Shown: positions 15,227-26,980 of the stretch, piece by piece
How the letters are laid out: the number at the start of each line of letters is the position of its first letter
How positions within the stretch are numbered: position 1 is the stretch's first letter
Assembly: GCA_951406725.2 (NCBI GenBank)
Contig: OX597814.1
Location: forward strand, 205,034,001-205,098,000
DNA length: 64,000 bases
Direction: 5' to 3'
Source: Octopus vulgaris
Taxonomy: Eukaryota
Made by a program: the position numbers and the translations under genes
The notes under the pieces: model-generated
What the model saw: the letters and a program-made list of their open reading frames with translations, nothing else
Database searches by the model: none
Told to the model about the DNA's origin: nothing

Positions 15227-16060
15227 CAGTTGCCATAGTAAAACTGAGTTTCGGATGCCAGGGCAGAATTCTACTCAGGCATCTCGTCAGTTATTAAGAC
15301 AAAAAAAATTGTTATGAAAATGACCATTGAATGAAGGGAAATTACTATGAAGATAACCGTTATTAAGACAAGCAAAAGAGCTATGAGAATGACCGTTAAG
15401 TAAAGGGAAGTTACCCGAATAAGGAGAAAGTAAAAATACTCAAAGAAGGTGAACCCATGCTCATAGAATCCACATATGCACACATGTACTTACATACACA
15501 TGCATGCACGAACACCATATGTGGATTCTATGTGTGTCGGTTTACCGTCTTCGAGTAGTTTTCACTGTCTCCCTATTCGGGTAACTTCCCTTTATTTAAC
15601 GGTCATTCTCATAGCTCTTTTGTTTGTATTAATAACTATCATCATCATCATTTAACGTCCGTTTTCCATGGTTGGACAGTTCAACTGGGGTCTGGGAAGC
15701 CAGGAGGCTGCGCCAGGCCCAGTCTTATCTGGCAGTGTTTCTACAGCTGAATGCCCTTCCTAACGCCAACCACTCCGAGAGTGTAGTGGGTGCTTTCTAT
15801 GTGCCACCTGCACAGGTGCCAGATGAGGCTGGCAAACGGCCTCTTCGTAGTAATTTCCTTTTATTTAACAGTCATTTTCATAGCTTTTTTGTTTGTCTTA
15901 ATAACTGACAAGGTGCCAGAGCAGACTTCTGCCCTGACATCCGAAACTCTGAGTTTTATAATGGCAACCAACTTATTGTCACATATTATATTATAGATAA
16001 ATTCCTCTATTTACGTAATACCGAGGTCTTATTCATTCTTTTGTTGTCATATTATTATTA
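15225..16060. mobile_element. Head-to-head inverted pair of PLE-like termini with hammerhead-like motifs; right arm interrupted by an RTE tail (15638-15840)
   Basis: 15225-15478 is the reverse complement of 15516-15637 plus 15841-15975. CUGACGA...GAAA lies at 15238-15294 (-) and CUGACAA...GAAA at 15901-15959 (+). Confidence 0.75.
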
Positions 16061-16470
16061 TTATTAATATATATATATATATAAATAGAAATATTAAAAT
16101 TTCTAAGTCTCTCTAAAAGAGACTACAGCAGCAGTACTGGATATTCATAGTTATCGCCAATCTAATATGGCAGTCCAGAAATATAGGACGTTTGCTGCTG
16201 CTGATTAGCTCGAAGAGGCCATTGCCTCTAGCTAGCTATGTGACACATGAACCTGTGTCCATTATAACCTTCGAACAGGGGAGGTCGGCCACTTCCCCTT
16301 GCTGGTCAGGCATCTGCAGACTAGTTTCAGGGTATTTCTAAGTCTCTCTAAAGGAGATTGGAGCTGCCTCCTAGCTTGCCAGTCCCCAGTCAAACCATCC
16401 AACCCATGCCAGCATGGAAAATGGACGTTAAACGATGATGATGATAATTATTATTATTATTATTATTATT

Positions 16471-16685
16471 AAGATAGTAAGCTGGCAGAATCCTTAGCAT
16501 GCTGGGCAAAATGCTTAGCAACATTTCGTCTGTAATTATTTTCTGAGTTCAGACTCCACTGTGGTTCATTTTGCTTTTCATCCATTCAAGGCTGATAAAA
16601 TTAGTACCAGCTGAGCACTGGGGGTTGATGGAATTGACTTACCCCCAAACGTGCTGGCCTTGTGTCAATAATTCAAAACCAATAT
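16471..16685 (+). mobile_element. tRNA-derived SINE family B
   Basis: Reads gctggcagaa...ttagca...ctgagttca... and matches the copies at 33453, 40449 and 44025. Confidence 0.75.
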
Positions 16686-17630
16686 ATTCAACACATAATT
16701 GATCTTGTTCATTTGTTATAGATTACGTCAAGGGGTTATCTTAATTCTATGTGTGCGTGTGGTTTTGGTCAGGCTTGGGGAGGGGTTCACTCGGCATTTC
16801 ACTTCTTAGAACCAAGTACTTTTTTGGTGTGGTTCAACAAGCAGTTAATGATTATAAATGATAAATTTACTGCCAAACAAATACCTGATAAATTAAGTCT
16901 GCCTCTACCCAGCCATGCTTATCACTGAATAATCTCAAATTACTGCCTTGTCAAGTTTTATATTTATCAAAGCTAAATTCATGCTAATCAAGTTTTGGGA
17001 TTAAAGGTCTCCTCAGTTGTTGCTATGCAGGATTCAAATCAAGGCACCATTTTGCCACATTAAATAGGTGAAAGGGTGACAGTATTGTGGTCATTGATAT
17101 TAAATAAGTCATGGCAACACCTAATATCAAACAATGGCAGATCTCCAAGATTTATAGGTGACGACATTGTATTAATTATCAGAAAATTTGAATTAGGTTT
17201 CCATTTACATTTCCTTTCAGTTGTGCATGTGGAGATGAAAGTGAGTGTCATACTTGTTTAATGTTCTAATTAATTAACAAAATCTTGGGAATTGCTTACT
17301 GAAGTTGAAATTTTTGCTGCTCTGTTTCACACAGACACAAACACACGGGTGTTTTAGGAATGCCAAGGTAAAGTGATCCTTTTTTTCTACTCAATGTAAA
17401 AGTAAAAATATATTCTGGTATTGCTTATTACACAAATTAATAAAGTAGAATTAGAGAGAGAGGGGGGGGGGGGCAGTGTATGCATGTGGAAACACACACA
17501 AATGCATTTCCAAGCATACACACACACATAAATATGTATGTATATACATACATACAAAACTAGATACACATATACAAACATATATATATGTATACAGACA
17601 TATGTACGTTTATGAGACAAAAATGCATAT

Positions 17631-18028
17631 AGGCGCAGGAGTGGCTGTGTGGTAAGTAGCTTGTTTACCAACCACATGGTTCTGGGTTCAGTCCCACAGT
17701 GTGGCATCTTGGGCAAGTGTCTTCTGCTATAGCCTCAGGCTGACCAAAGCCTTGTGAGTGGATTTGGTAGACGGAAACTGAAAGAAGCCCGTCGTATATA
17801 TGTATATATATATATATGCGTGTGTGTGTTTGTATATCTGTATTTGTCCCCCTAGCATTGCTTGACAACCGATGCTGGTGTGTTTATGTCCCCGTTACTT
17901 AGCGGTTTGGCAAAAGAGACCGATAAAATAAGTACTGGGCATACAAAAGAATAAGTCCCGGGGTCGAGTTGCTCGATTAAAGGCAGTGCTCCAGCACGGC
18001 TGCAGTCAAAAGAGTAAAGAGAAAAGAG
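17631..18028 (+). mobile_element. tRNA-derived SINE family A, full length
   Basis: Starts aggcgcaggagtggctgtgtggtaag, contains the central microsatellite and ends in an (agagtaa)n-like tail. Confidence 0.9.
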
Positions 18029-18059
18029 AATATATATTCATACACACAAATGTTTATTA

Positions 18060-18316
18060 TTCGGTTGGAGCATAATTATTGCGGCCTTTTTTTTAAAAAA
18101 AAAATTTTATTCAACAAAATCAATAATAATATTTAACAAAAACATCTTTAAATGGTGGTCTGACTGTCTGCCAAGCAAATGGGAAGCAGTAATTGAAGCA
18201 GATGGCGAATATTCTCTGGAATAATCATTTAAAGATGTTTTTGTTACAGGTTGTTATTGTTTTTTGCTGAATAAAATTAGTTGAAAATAAGTTGCAATAA
18301 TTATACACCAACCCAA
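18060..18316 (+). mobile_element. mariner-derived MITE
   Basis: TIRs ttcggttggagcataattattgc and gcaataattatacaccaacccaa, flanked by TA. The internal remnant LPSKWEAVIEADGEY resembles the mariner transposase C-terminus. A second copy lies at 59948-60221. Confidence 0.8.
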
Positions 18317-18359
18317 TATAATGTATGCATATATCAGTGTTAATTTCTATGCATATATA

Positions 18360-19142
18360 TCATTATCATCGTTTAACGTCTGCTTTCCATGCTAGCATGG
18401 GTTGGACGACTTTGACTGAGGGCTGGCGAACCAGATGGCTGCACCAGGCTCCAATCTTGATTTGGCAGATTTTCTACAGCTGGATGCCCTTCCTAACGCC
18501 AACCACTCTGCGAGTGTAGTGGGTGCTTTTTATGTGCCACCGGCACAGGTGCCAGGGGGGGCTGGCATCGGCCACGATCGGTTGGTGCTTTTTAATGTGC
18601 CACCGGCACAGAAGCCAGCCAAGGCGGCGCTGGCATCGGTCACGTTCGGATGGTGCTTTTTATGTGCCACCGGCACAGAAGCCAGTCAAGGCGGCGCTGG
18701 CATAGGCCACGTTCAGATGGAGCTTTTTATGTGCCACCGGCACAGGTATCACAACTACTATTTCCATTGATATTTATTTCAATGTTCATGTACTTGACCC
18801 AATAGGTCTCCTCAAGCACAGCGGGATGTTCTGGAATCCAAGGTACTTTGAATGGGCAGGGGCTATGCGGAACTGGTGCAGGAAGCAGCTCGGGTCTTTG
18901 CAGTCACAGCATATCTCCAGAGATCTCGGTCCTTCGCCATTGCCTCTGTGAGGCCCAATGCTCTGAGGTCATGCTTGACTACCTCATCCCATGTCTTCCT
19001 GGGTCTACCTCTCCCGGTGCTCTAGGCACCCTACTAGCATGGGCACAAGTGCCAGTAAGGCGACGCTGGTAACAATTACGCTCGAATGGTGCCCTGTAAG
19101 TGCCACCAGCACGGAAGCCGGTTGGCTGCTCTGTCAATGATC
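18360..19142 (-). mobile_element. RTE LINE 3' fragment (end of ORF plus modular 3' UTR)
   Basis: Contains the tail consensus and tcttcctgggtctacctctccc, the reverse complement of a GRGRPRKTW-coding segment. Confidence 0.8.
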
Positions 19143-19707
19143 ATATATATATATATAAAAAAAATAATATTAGGGAATATTATTCCAAACTTACAGGGAA
19201 AAATTTAATTTAGTAATACTAAATCAAATTTACTTAATCATTGGTATATGTTTTAATCTTATATTTATTTTTTTTCTATATGGTATAATTTAATTATTTC
19301 ATTGTTGAATTGATAAAAGGTGCTTTGTTTTCTAATTTATATATTTCCTTTCCAGTGTTGGGCCTCATGGAGGCAATGACCAAGACCCTTGGTATTATGT
19401 TGTGCTTGAGAAGACGACCTATCAAGCTGACCAAAATCGTAGTCTTGTCATGCAAATTAGCAGCCACGCCGGTGGCTTGTAAAAGAACCGTGATGTCATG
19501 CAAATGGCACCTGTGCTAGTGGCACATAAAAGAACTCTTTGAGCAGTTGGTGTTAGGAAGGGCATCCGGCTTTAGAAACCATGCCAAATCAGATTGGAGT
19601 CTGGTGCAACCTTCCAGCTCTGGTCAAACCGTCCAACTCATGCCAGCATGGACAACGGACGGTAGATGATGATGATATGTATATATATATATACATATGA
19701 ATATACA

Positions 19708-20030
19708 TTCTTTTATTTGTTTTAGTCATTTGACTGCGACCATGCTGGAGCACCACCTTTAGTCGAGCAAATTGACCCCAGGACTTATTTTTTGTAAGCC
19801 TAGTACTTATTCTATCGGTCTCTTTTGCTGAACCACTAAGTTACGGGGATGTAAACAATCCACCATTGATAGTCAAGCGATGTTGGTGGGGATAAACACA
19901 GTCACACAAACACATACATAAATACATACACACATATATATATATATGCCATGGGCTTCTTTCAGTTTCTATTTATCAAATCCGCTCACAAGTCTTTGGT
20001 TGGCCCGAGGCTCTAGTAGATGACACCTGC
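19708..20030 (-). mobile_element. SINE family A (head truncated)
   Basis: Reverse-complement match to the family A body and tail. Confidence 0.8.
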
Positions 20031-20488
20031 ACATATAGGTGTGTTTGACTTGATTTTGTGGAACTCTTTTTGCTCCTGGACTCCAACCTACCATGGTTTT
20101 TATGAAATGAACTTTTTTGATGTACTCTTTCATTTGAGGGGAGTAAGAAAATTTTTTTAATTGATTAATATTTTATTTTATTCAGGTTTATAGTATTATG
20201 GCACGCTTTAAAATTTTTAGTCGAATGTATATACCTTTTTGATAGGCTGTTCTATATATCTGCATTTTTATTCACATATATAGTTTTACGTTCTGTGTTT
20301 TTTATATATGTATATTTTATATGTTTAAGAACCATCGTAATAGTTATATATGATCAAATGTTTGGAGGTATGGTGTATATAAAATCGTTGGCTCGAGTTT
20401 AATGTTGTTCTATGATGAATATATATATGTGTATATATATACACATATCTTTATTCTTGTCGCACTGCCTTCTGTGCATATATATATA

Positions 20489-20884
20489 CTAGCAGTATCG
20501 CCCGGCGTTGCTCGGGTTTGTAAGGGAAATAACTATATAAGCATTTTTAGAGATGTAAAGTATAATAGCCATCTCAATATGGCTAACCACAAAGGGGGGG
20601 TGTTACTGTAGCTTTTTACGTTCTGAGATTTAATAATAAATTTTTAGAGAGTTACTTCCCTTATATATGCCAAAAATGCATTAAAAATGGGAAAAATTGA
20701 TGGTAAAATTTTTTTTAAATCGTAGACTCATCGTAGACGCATGTTAATACCCAGAAGGGCTCGATATGAATCATGACTATAAGATACCCGGTTTTGGTTA
20801 AACTGCACCGCAAAATGTGTGAGTAGTTAGGAATCTAAATCGTAGGAGACAGACAACACACAACCTCACTTTTATATATATAGA
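20489..20884 (-). mobile_element. Non-autonomous Helitron
   Basis: Reverse complement begins TCTATATATA and ends cccgagcaacgccggg-cgatactgCTAG, the same 3' end as the elements at 4357 and 25031. Confidence 0.75.
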
Positions 20885-20894
20885 TATATAACAT

Positions 20895-21320
20895 AGGCGC
20901 AGGAGTGGCTGTGTGGTAAGTAGCTTGCTAACCAACCACATGGTTCCGGGTTCAGTCCCACTGTGTGGCATCTTGGGCAAGTGTCTTCTGCTATAGCCCC
21001 AGGCCGACCAATGCCTTGTGAGTGGATTTGGTAGACGGAAACTGAAAGAAGCCCGTCGTATATATGTATATATATAAGTGTGTGTGTATATGTTTGTGTG
21101 TCTGTGTTTGTCCCCCTAGCATTGCTTGACAACCGATGCTGGTGTGTTTACGTCCCCGTACCACTTAGCGGTTCGGCAAAAGAGACCGATAGAATAAGTA
21201 CTGGGCTTACAAAGAATAAGTTCCGGGGTCGATTTGCTCGACTAAAGGCGGTGCTCCAGCATGGCCGCTGTCAAATGACTGAAACAAGTAAAAGAGTAAA
21301 AGAGTAAAAGAGTAAGAGTA
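20895..21320 (+). mobile_element. tRNA-derived SINE family A, full length
   Basis: Complete head, central microsatellite and (aaagagt)n tail. Confidence 0.9.
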
Positions 21321-21816
21321 ACATCATCATCATCATCATCACCATTATTTAACATCCATGTTCTATCCTGGCATGGGTCAGATGGTTTGATAGGATCCAT
21401 GTTCTATGGGTCAGATGGTTAGACAGGATCCAAAGGGTCTGCAGACTGCATTCAGTTCCAGTGTTTGCTGGGCATGGTGTCTACATCTGGGTGCCCTTCC
21501 TAATGCCAACTACTTCAGTGTGTAGTGGGTGTTTTTTTTACATGGCACCAGCACTGGTGTGGTTGCCAAGCAGCTTGCAAGACTACAAACCCTGAGGAGA
21601 AAGCTTTACACTAACAGATGAAGGGTCACAGTACAAGAGGAGGGATCAGATTAGACTAGTTTTTTTTTTTTTGTGTTGTTGTTGTAGTAGAAGAAACATG
21701 ACTCTTCACAAAAAGAACTTTGTGAGATTGTTCATTTGTTAATTTCTTTTTACAGGCAAGAGAAAAAATTAACGAACTGTTAATTAGAAAAGTCTTCCTA
21801 TTAAGAATTCGACGAG

Positions 21817-22272
21817 ATGATAGAAATGGAAGCGAAGAACAGAACAGTGAAAACTCCAGCATTTAAGGAGGATTTATTTCAAAATGAAATTAATTTATTG
21901 GACAGTTCTGGGAAAATTCATGTCCGAAACCTACCATATTATTTTGAGACGTTTAGTCAGCAACGTCCAGTGGTTTTAAACACATCTAGTGACCAACTAG
22001 TGTCAGGGTATCAGGATGGAACTAAACCTTCCAGATTGGCTGGTCCTTCTGGCTTACATATGAAGGCTTTGAAAGCAAAATCAGCAGGCCCAACAAGGAG
22101 GAGTGGGGAGTCATATTACAGTCAATTGGATTATTCTGGGGTTTCTGAAAGAAACAACCAGAACAAAGATACAATACCTGCCACCAGCAGAAGTGAATGT
22201 ACAGCATCAACACCACAGAAACAGTCAAGTTATGACACATTTTTAAACTATCTTGTGTGGAAAATGGGTCAT
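21817..22272 (+). CDS. Candidate first coding exon of an uncharacterised host gene (exon starts at 21756)
   Basis: Acceptor ttctttttacAG ends at 21755 and the first ATG is at 21817. There are 152 open codons of non-repetitive sequence, followed by a GTAAGT donor at 22273 (phase 0). Confidence 0.55.
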
Positions 22273-22877
22273 GTAAGTATACCATCAACAACAGCTGTTG
22301 AATTTTGAAACATGCTAATTCTGAATATGTAAATTTTGAATATTCTAATTTTAAATAGGTAAATTTTAAATATATTGATTTTAAATATGCTAATTTTCCA
22401 CATCTATTCAAGTATTGTATTGTTTATTTACTTAGTGATTCTCACACCTCTATTTCAGTAAGTACAATAAAGTTTATGCTTCATTGAAGAAGTCTAATAA
22501 GTCTGAAATATGTCCAGGGTTGTCTCCCTTTCATATAAGACGTGATGAAATAAAACCAGTGACTGAGTTAATGTCTGTTTCTTGTGACATAATTAATTCT
22601 AATTAGAATTCTGATAATCTCCAAGCTAAGTATTCTAAAAATAATTTAGCTACAATTAACAATGCATAATTAAAATATTTTAGATCACTTTTCCTGTAAC
22701 TGAGTATTGGTAATAACTATATGTACTGATTCTTTTAGTTTTTTTTCTTTAGTGACCTACAAGGTCTTCATTTACTCATGCTATTTTGTCTTCAGTAATT
22801 CCAAATTAAGTGAACAAGGAAAACCTGTTAGAAATAACAGCCAAATTTCCATGAAGTTACATCTTAGAAAGGGAAGG

Positions 22878-22880
22878 ATC

Positions 22881-22912
<32 letters not shown>

Positions 22913-23640
22913 TTAACGTCCGCTTTTCATGCCAGCATGGGTTGGACGATTTTGACTGAGGGCTGGCGAACCAGATGGCTGCACCAGGCTTCAATCTTGT
23001 TCTGGCAGAGTTTCTACAGTTGGATGCCCTTCCTAATGCCAACCAGTCCAAGAGTGTAGTGGGTGCTTTTTATGTGCCACCGGCATGGGAGCCAGTCAGG
23101 CAATACTGGCAATGACCTCGCTCGAATCTTTTTACACATGCCACCGGAACAGGTGCCAGTAAGGCGACATTGGTAATGATCACGCTCGAATGGTGCCCTT
23201 CTACGTGCCACCGGCATGGAAGCCGGTTGGCTGCTCTGGCAACGATCACGCTCAGATGGTGCTCTTGACACCCTACTAGCACGGGCACAAGTGCCAGTAA
23301 GGCGACGCTGGTAATGATCATGCTCGAATGGTGCCTTTTATGTGTCACTGGCATGGAAGCCGGTTAGCCACTCTGTCAACGATCACACTCGTATGGTGCT
23401 CTTTGCACCCTGCTAGCATGGATGCCAGTCATCGAATTGCTTAATGTCTGTTCTCTATGCTGGCATGGGTTGGACGACTTGACCAGAGCTGGCAAATCAG
23501 AAGACTGTGCCAAGTTCTATTGTTTGTTGTGGTATGGTTTCTATGGCTGATGCCCTTTCTAATGCCAACCACTTTACAGAATATGCTGGGTGCTTTTTTT
23601 TGTGGCACTGGTTCTAGCAGAGTCCCCAAGTAACTTAAAA
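22878..23640 (-). mobile_element. RTE 3' tails (two tandem copies)
   Basis: (CAT)n followed by tttaacgtccgc...atgccagcatgggttggacg, with repeated gtgccaccggca modules. Confidence 0.85.
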
Positions 23641-24213
23641 GACATGACCAAGTCCTTTCAGCTGGTGCAGAGTAATATTAAGGGCGTGGCTCTGTGCCAG
23701 TTGAGAGGATAAAAGAGTAATAGGGGGAGGGAGGGAGAAAGAGAGAGAGAGAGAGGTGTCTTACTGTAGAAGAGATACATGGATATTCCAGTTGGAGAGG
23801 AATGGGGAAGGGGACTGAATGGGAAAAGCAGAGACAGACGGAGTGGGAGAGATGGTGGTGGATGTGTGTCAAGAGACATACCCACAAGGCACAATGGGGT
23901 GGATATAGGTGAAGTGATTCAGGGAACTGGGCTGAGTGAATGGGCAGATGGAAGAGAGATGACTGTAGGAATTGAAGTTGAGATATATAGGAATGACCCA
24001 GGGGGAGCTGGGGCTTATGTTAGATATCTATTCCTAGATATAGAAATACATAGAATGGAAAACCAAAGTGCTATAACTATATCCCTTTCCTCATTTTAAG
24101 ATCTACATTTCAGACAGTTCATTAAGTCAGACTGTTTATTGAGGCAGATCTGCTACAGCTGGGTGCCTTTCCTGTCACCAACCCTCACCTGTTTTCCAAC
24201 TAAGATAATATTT

Positions 24214-24403
24214 AGGGAGAGTTTACGAAAAAAAAAACAAAAGACGAAGACAGGTGGTGTACAAAACAAAGATGTATTAGTATAACACTCAGGAATAGAA
24301 AAAGTCTTTTACATTTCGAGCCTACGCTCTTCTACAGAAAGGGACACAGAAAAAACAAGGAGAGGAAAAAATGTGTGTAGTGGCTAACGATCTATCATGG
24401 CGA
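24214..24403 (-). mobile_element. Short dispersed repeat, probably a PLE terminus with a variant hammerhead-like motif
   Basis: A second copy lies at 50025-50175. Reverse complement contains cttt-CTGTAGA-a-gagcgtaggctc-GAAA-(c/t)gta-aaag. Confidence 0.5.
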
Positions 24404-25030
24404 CTGATAATATTTACTGATAATAATTACCCATGGTGAGGTATGTTTTTCATGCAAGACAGGAAATGGAGGGCTGTGCTTGCATGATAATGTTGACACT
24501 CATTTACAGCTATCAGGAGAAGCCAAGCCAAGGAGACAGTAACACACACACATTTACATACATCATCATAACCATTCAGTGTCCATTTTCCATGCTGGTA
24601 TGTGTTGGACGGTTTGATAGGAGTTGGCAAATGAGAAGACTGCGACAATCTCTGTTTGCTTTGGCATAGCTTCTAAGATGGAATGCTCTTCCTAATGCCA
24701 GCCGCTTGACAGAGTGTACTGGGTACTTGCTACATGGCACCAACAGCAAGGAACTCAGCAAGACAGAGACCTCTCAACTGAGGTAGGAATAGTTTGGAGT
24801 GTGGTGGCAGAGCACCAAGTGATGAGGAATTAGAAGAGTATTAATAGTGTCTTACGAAGGAGATACACAGCTATCTTTGTTGGAGAGGGAGGGGGAAAGA
24901 GAGGGAGAGAGAGAGAGAGAGAAAGAAAGAGAGAGAGGGGGAGAGAAAGAGAAAAGATGGTGAAGCTGTAACGGGGTTGGGGGTACACTCAAGTTACAGG
25001 GAGGTGTGTGTGTGTATATATGTATACATA

Positions 25031-25420
25031 TGTATATATAAAGCTGAAGTTGTCTGTGTATGGCAGGTTTGGTAGCCTTCAACTAACACTATCTCCTCCG
25101 AGACCCTTCGGTGCAAGTTGACCAAAATTGAGAGTATGATAGAAGAAGGCTTGCTCTTCCTTCCATAGAAGAAAAAATTCAAATCGGACCATGTTAACAC
25201 CAAAGATTATTTACATCAAAAGGGTGCTTTTTTTTCTATGAAAATCCCTATTTTTTAACGATTTTTTTACTGTTGTGTTGCCATTTTTCGGTGTATTTCA
25301 ACCAGAAAAATGTTCACTTAAAGAGAATAACAAGCTACATAATGCAAAATTTTTACTTTTCAAAAATTCCAATTCTAAAGGGTCAAAACAAACCCGAGAA
25401 ATGCTGGGCGATACTGCTAG
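25031..25420 (+). mobile_element. Non-autonomous Helitron
   Basis: Near-identical to 4357-4750 and ends ctgCTAG|T. Confidence 0.75.
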
Positions 25421-25745
25421 TATATTTATAAAAGTGAAGTGGAACCAAGAATTGGGTAGGCTGAATGGGTGGGTGGGTTTGTGAGATTGTGAAAGGAGAG
25501 TGGGAAGTGGAAGGGAGAGAATGTAGTGAGTGGATACAAATAGAAAAAGGCAGTTTTAGAAGGATATGTTGCAGGGAAAAGATTCAACAGAGATACATTG
25601 TGAGCAGGTAGGTTCACAGGGATGCAAAGGAGAGTGGGAAATAGAAGGGAGGGAGGGGAATTTAACGAGTGGTGAACTTGGATGAGGGTTTGGGGAAGGT
25701 GTTAGGAAGATTGGTTGTTAGGGATGTGCATGGACATGGACATAT

Positions 25746-25965
25746 TCTTTTTACTCTTTTACATGCTTCACTCATTTGACTGTGGCCATGCTGGAGCACT
25801 GCATTTAGGCAAGCAAACGGACCCCAGGACATATTCTTTGTAAGCCTAGTACTTATTCTATCGGTCTCTTTTGCCGAACCGCTAAGTTACAGGGATGTAA
25901 ACACACCACCATCAGTTGTCAAGCTATGTTGGGGGTACAAACAGACACACACACATACGCATATA
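25746..25965 (-). mobile_element. SINE family A, 3' half (the 5' half lies at 30393-30565)
   Basis: The tail half ends in the central microsatellite, and the matching head half follows the RTE tail. Confidence 0.7.
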
Positions 25966-26156
25966 TATCATCATCATCATTGTTTAATGTCCGCTTTCCA
26001 CACTAGCATGGATTGGACGATTTGACTGAGGTCTGGCAAACCAGATGGCTGCACTAAGTTCCAGTCTGATGTGGCAGAGTTTCTACAGCTGGGTGCCCTT
26101 CCTAATGCCAACCACTCTGAGAATGTAGTGTGTGTATATATATATATATATATATA

Positions 26157-26958
26157 TCTATATATAAACGGCAGTTTGTCTGTCTGTGTGTTTGTGTGTC
26201 TGTCAGGTTGTACCCTCACCCTGACCACGGCTTTCAACCGATTCTGATGAAACTTGACACACACATAGCCCAATGTCATAATTCAAAACTAACGCAGCGA
26301 AAATTTTGAAAAGTTCTCCTAGTTCTGAAAAAAAATCGATAAATTCGACATGGGTCGAGAATCTAAGCCTTTTATATGCAACACATTTTCTACAGACTAT
26401 CTAGGGGACGCAACTCGACCTTTTTAACTCTCGGAACACGTGGGGTAAGTATCCCAAAATGTATAAAATGTACAAAAACGGCAAAAAAGCGGGCAGCAAT
26501 GTGAGTGACAACAACGAAAAAGTCAAAAGTGACCAAACTGAACAAACGAATAAAAAATGTTTTTTGATGCACACGACAAAAGCGGTTTATAATAAACCAA
26601 GAGTTTGCAAGTAGCGTCCGAGGACCCTTAGGGTACGTCAAAAATTTAAGGTAAAACGTTTGGGGTGGTAGTTATAAAGAAAGTGTAAACAAAAAAAGTA
26701 TTCGAATAACTTGCGGCTGCAGCAGCTATTAGCAGAAGTGGCGGTGTTGAGGGTAAAGTCTCGAATGTAATTTCTTCCTGGTAGGAATTGGTTGGGTTGA
26801 ATTATCGATAGCTGTTTGATAGTTATTTGGGAGTGAAGAGAAGACATTGCAACCTACACATGCGCCTTCGTTCCCTAGAGGGAAAGGACTAGATTGGGAT
26901 TAGTCGTTGCATACTAGGGGCTCTTACATACCCGGGCAACGCCGGGCTATGCTGCTAG
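26157..26958 (+). mobile_element. Non-autonomous Helitron (second family)
   Basis: A|TCTATATATAAA start, cccgggcaacgccggg hairpin and CTAG|T end. Confidence 0.75.
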
Positions 26959-26980
26959 TATATATATATATAGATAGATA

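Noticed and set aside
17221-17240. 20-nt segment with a good acceptor and GTGAGT donor
   Set aside because: It could be a 5' UTR micro-exon of the candidate gene, but splice signals alone are insufficient support.
17631-17705. tRNA-like A/B boxes
   Set aside because: These are SINE heads that continue into the SINE body, and no complete cloverleaf is evident.
21756-21866. Reading AREKINELLIRKVF...SSI* as a terminal coding exon
   Set aside because: This reading is possible, but the longer frame from ATG 21817 with a strong donor at 22273 and in-phase downstream exons fits better.
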